A DNA stretch of 64,000 nt from positions 53,672-117,671 of the forward strand of contig CAVUYV010000054.1 of the NCBI GenBank assembly GCA_963745785.1. Reading direction: 5' to 3'. A program made the translations under genes and the position numbers. The notes beneath the pieces were generated by a model. The model was not told where the DNA came from, ran no database searches, and saw nothing but the letters and a program-made list of their open reading frames with translations. Below, one piece after another: positions 61,298 through 64,000 of this stretch (its first letter is position 1; every line of letters begins with the position of its first letter). This stretch comes from an uncultured Alphaproteobacteria bacterium. GTDB taxonomy: Bacteria; Pseudomonadota; Alphaproteobacteria; Rhizobiales; Xanthobacteraceae.

Positions 61298-61687
61298 TTA
61301 GGCAGCGACGATCGAGCGCCGGGTGCTCTCGACGATGGCCACGACCTCTGCCCGCTCGGCCGCCGGGACTGCGAACTTGTCGAGTGCCTGCGCCACGTCG
61401 TCCATGAACGCATCCCACTCGCCCGGCGTGATGCGCAGGTGCCGATGGGAGCTCTCCATGTCCTTGCCAGTGTATTTCTGCGGACCTCCGGCGGCCCAGC
61501 ACAGCATCTCGGTAACCAGGTATTTGAATCCTGCCGGCGGTACCTTGTGGTGCGCGTCGTCGACCAAGGGATTGGCATTGAGCCGCGGATCGGCCATCAC
61601 GCGGTCGATGAGGTCGTCCACGACGGTCGCGATGCTGTAGATACCGCCGAGACGCTCGTAAAGGCTGGGCGAATCCTGCGTGGCCAT
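61298..61687 (-). CDS. Group I truncated hemoglobin
   Basis: SLYERLGG, AAGGP..Y.GKDM..SH..L.IT..EW.AF; GGAGG RBS. Confidence 0.88.
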   Translation of the reverse strand: MATQDSPSLYERLGGIYSIATVVDDLIDRVMADPRLNANPLVDDAHHKVPPAGFKYLVTEMLCWAAGGPQKYTGKDMESSHRHLRITPGEWDAFMDDVAQALDKFAVPAAERAEVVAIVESTRRSIVAA

Positions 61688-61821
61688 TGGCGCCTCCTCC
61701 TTCACACTCTGCGAAAGTCGATAGTCTGGCGCGGTCCCGGTCGTCGTCATATGGTGACACACTTCGCCGAACGCCTCAAGGAACCTTCGGCCTCTCTCGA
61801 CGCTGACAGACCGATTTGCGG

Positions 61822-61871
61822 ACACCGATGTCGCCTTTGGGTAAGCGAACTCAAGTCGGACATCGCGCCAT
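61822..61871. repeat. Triple-palindrome element, internally deleted copy C
   Basis: ACACCGATGTCGCCTTTGGGT then ACTCAAGTCGGACATCGCGCCAT identical to 57761-57783. Confidence 0.65.
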
Positions 61872-62164
61872 AAAGCGAACGACGACGGCGCGATGGCCTT
61901 CACCGACTTCGGAATCGAGAATCTCATCGATCTCATCAAAATCCATAAGGACAACGCTGCGCGGCTCAAGCGCAGCGACGGCGACAAATCGGACTTCCCC
62001 CACACGGACCAGAATCCCGTCTGTGATTGTCCGCGACATCGGATGGGGTGCGAGTGCGGGCGGGGCCGAAACCCCGCCAGCGTTGGTTTGTAGGCCAGCA
62101 ATCGCTATCAGCCTTACCGCCCTTCTTTTCGAGGATGGTGATTAGAGGCCGGTCAGTTGAAGCC

Positions 62165-62695
62165 TTCCCAGCCAGCGTCGAGACGATCCATAAGATCACG
62201 GGCCAGGTACCGATCGGCTGGAACGCTTACTGGATGCGCAACTCCATCCATTTCCTGGAGACGCTGCAGGATCTAGGCTTTGTTTATCACATCGACGAAC
62301 CAAGCCACGACGAGCCGTTCATTGTCCCGGTACGCGGGAGGGATTTCGTCACCGTCCCCTACACCTTCCACATGAACGACATCGTCTCCTTTCCCTTCGT
62401 CGGCTGGAATGCGGCCGCCTACGAGCAGGCGCTGCGCGACGAGTTCGATCAGCTTTACGAGGAGGGTGCGCATCGGCGGCGCATGATGGTGGTCAGTCTG
62501 CACGATCGCATCTCCGGCCATGCCGGCAGGGTACGAGCCCTCGATCGCTTTCTCACCTACGCGAAGGGAAAGGAGGATGTCTGGTTCGCCCGGAAGGACG
62601 AGATCGCCCGCTACGTGCTGGCCAACCGTGCCGGCACGCCGGTTGTCGATCGGGGTCCGCCGAGCGTAACAGGCCTGCCCGGGCCGACAGGCTGA
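62165..62695 (+). pseudogene. Polysaccharide deacetylase (PuuE-like) lacking 5' half
   Basis: PIGWN, VPYT..NDI, DEFDQLYEEG...MMVVSLHDRISG, VWFARKDEIA. Confidence 0.7.
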
Positions 62696-62708
62696 AGGAG
62701 ATTTCCCG

Positions 62709-63323
62709 GTGTCAGATAAGCCGAAGTACGCCCGCACGAAGCAAAACCACAGACGCTCGCACCTTGCACGCGGCATCGAGCTTTTCGCCGCGTTGACGTT
62801 TTCGGTGTCCACGCCCGCCTTTGCCGCTGACGGCGTCAAGATCAATGACCTCGTCGTCGCCGCGTCGATCCCCGAGGCGCAACGCGAGGCGACCATGAAG
62901 GCAGTCCGCGCATTCTACGATTTCTGGAACACCGGTGGCGAGGCCCTGCTGAAGGAAGCCATCGCACCCAACTTCACCGACCACACACTGCCGCCGGGAC
63001 GGCCGCAAGGACCCGAAGGACCGGCCTTCGCTTCGCGCCGGTTCCGCGCCGCCGTGCCCGACCTCAAGGTCGCCGTGGAGAAGATGATCGTCGCCGGCGA
63101 CTATATCACGGTGCATATGAGCTTCACCGGCCATTTCAGCGGCAAGTTCGGGCAGACACAGGGCAAAGGCCAGCCGGTCCCCTTCATCGCCACTGACCTC
63201 GTCAAGATCGAGAACGGCCGCATCACCGACAATTGGCACATCGAGGACAATCTGACGCTGCTGCAAGAGATGGGCGTCGCCAAGGTCGATTCGAATTCGG
63301 CAGCGCCTAACAGCGCGCGATAG
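62709..63323 (+). CDS. SnoaL-like ester cyclase family protein with signal peptide
   Basis: FYDFWNTG, PQGPEG, FRAAVPDL, GRITDNWHIEDNL; AAGGAG RBS. Confidence 0.85.
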   Translation: MSDKPKYARTKQNHRRSHLARGIELFAALTFSVSTPAFAADGVKINDLVVAASIPEAQREATMKAVRAFYDFWNTGGEALLKEAIAPNFTDHTLPPGRPQGPEGPAFASRRFRAAVPDLKVAVEKMIVAGDYITVHMSFTGHFSGKFGQTQGKGQPVPFIATDLVKIENGRITDNWHIEDNLTLLQEMGVAKVDSNSAAPNSAR

Positions 63324-63368
63324 ATGCGCGACATGCCCAAGGACACCTCTATCCGAGGAGCAAATGCG

Positions 63369-64000
63369 ATGAGTATCGATAACTTTGCACGCTGGCTGAG
63401 CCGTGTGACTTTGGCCGTCGCGATCATCATGATCGGATGGGGCTTATCTGTCATCTTCACGCAACCTGTCACAGCCTGGTTTTCTGCATCGACGATGATT
63501 TGGATGGCGCTGTTGCTGATATCTGCGATTTGGCAGCTGCGTGGCTCCTTCCCGGCTATCGCGGCGTTGGCGCTGGCCACCGCCGTGGTTTCGCGCTTGT
63601 TCAGCATTCTGCGTCTGAACCCTCCGGCTGATATCGCCGGTTTGAAACCTGACGATCTCGACCTGCTGGTCGCGACGGGTCCGGGCGTACCGGGTTTTGC
63701 GATTTTGGGTTGGTTTCTGGGTGCTCTTGTGTTCGTCCAATTCATCCTGCGGGCCGCATCCGTCGCAGCATCGTCGGATTCGCCAAAAATATCGCTCAAT
63801 GAGTTGGCTCTGACGTTCATCAGAATCTATGTCGGGTTGATGTTCGTGCCTCATTTCGGGAGTCACATCCTCGGCGGGCCCTTTCAATTCAAGATCTACA
63901 CGCTCTATTTCGAGAGCCTGGGGATTTTTATGCCCGCCATGCAGGTTGCGCTTGCCGGAGCGATCGAGCTCGTTTCCGCTGTCGGCCTCACATTGGGAGC
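63369..64000 (+). CDS. Membrane protein with C-terminal DoxX domain (runs off window)
   Basis: Open frame by hand from ATG 63369 after GAGGAG; LTFIRIYVGLMFVPH...LAGAIELVSAVGLTLG. Confidence 0.72.
   Translation, partial: MSIDNFARWLSRVTLAVAIIMIGWGLSVIFTQPVTAWFSASTMIWMALLLISAIWQLRGSFPAIAALALATAVVSRLFSILRLNPPADIAGLKPDDLDLLVATGPGVPGFAILGWFLGALVFVQFILRAASVAASSDSPKISLNELALTFIRIYVGLMFVPHFGSHILGGPFQFKIYTLYFESLGIFMPAMQVALAGAIELVSAVGLTLG

Overview
GC-rich alphaproteobacterial chromosome segment; gene content and repeat families point to Bradyrhizobiaceae (inference). 1-52.5 kb is mostly core genome. It holds the 3' half of the urease operon (ureC, two ABM paralogs, ureEFG) and a general-stress-response locus (HWE-type kinase, ecfG, nepR, phyR) followed by genes with EcfG-type GGAAC-N16-CGTT promoters. 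Next come glcB, the sulfate assimilation cluster (cysNC/cysD divergent from cysG-DUF2849-cysI-DUF934-cysH), patatin-bdhA, galU, a NitT/TauT ABC transporter, a nitrilase/SDR/LysR module, a GGDEF-EAL sensor, an sRNA before rcdA, rpmE and an ABC exporter. Many genes between 14 and 42 kb carry single-base frameshifts, most likely assembly indels. At ~52.52 kb a tRNA-Ser-like 3'-end core plus arm-like repeats opens a lower-GC accessory region of gene remnants, small proteins and candidate sRNAs. In it, three small gene modules (GntR-SPFH-DUF1127; truncated globin-MOSC; deacetylase-SnoaL-DoxX) are separated by a recurring element of three TCCG-N14/15-CGGA palindromes at ~46-bp periodicity. Its GGTC core is hit twice by an IS1182-like end or MITE. 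This cassette-like architecture is the best candidate for an undescribed system. No recombinase gene is visible in the window. All family calls come from motif recognition by eye, not database searches.
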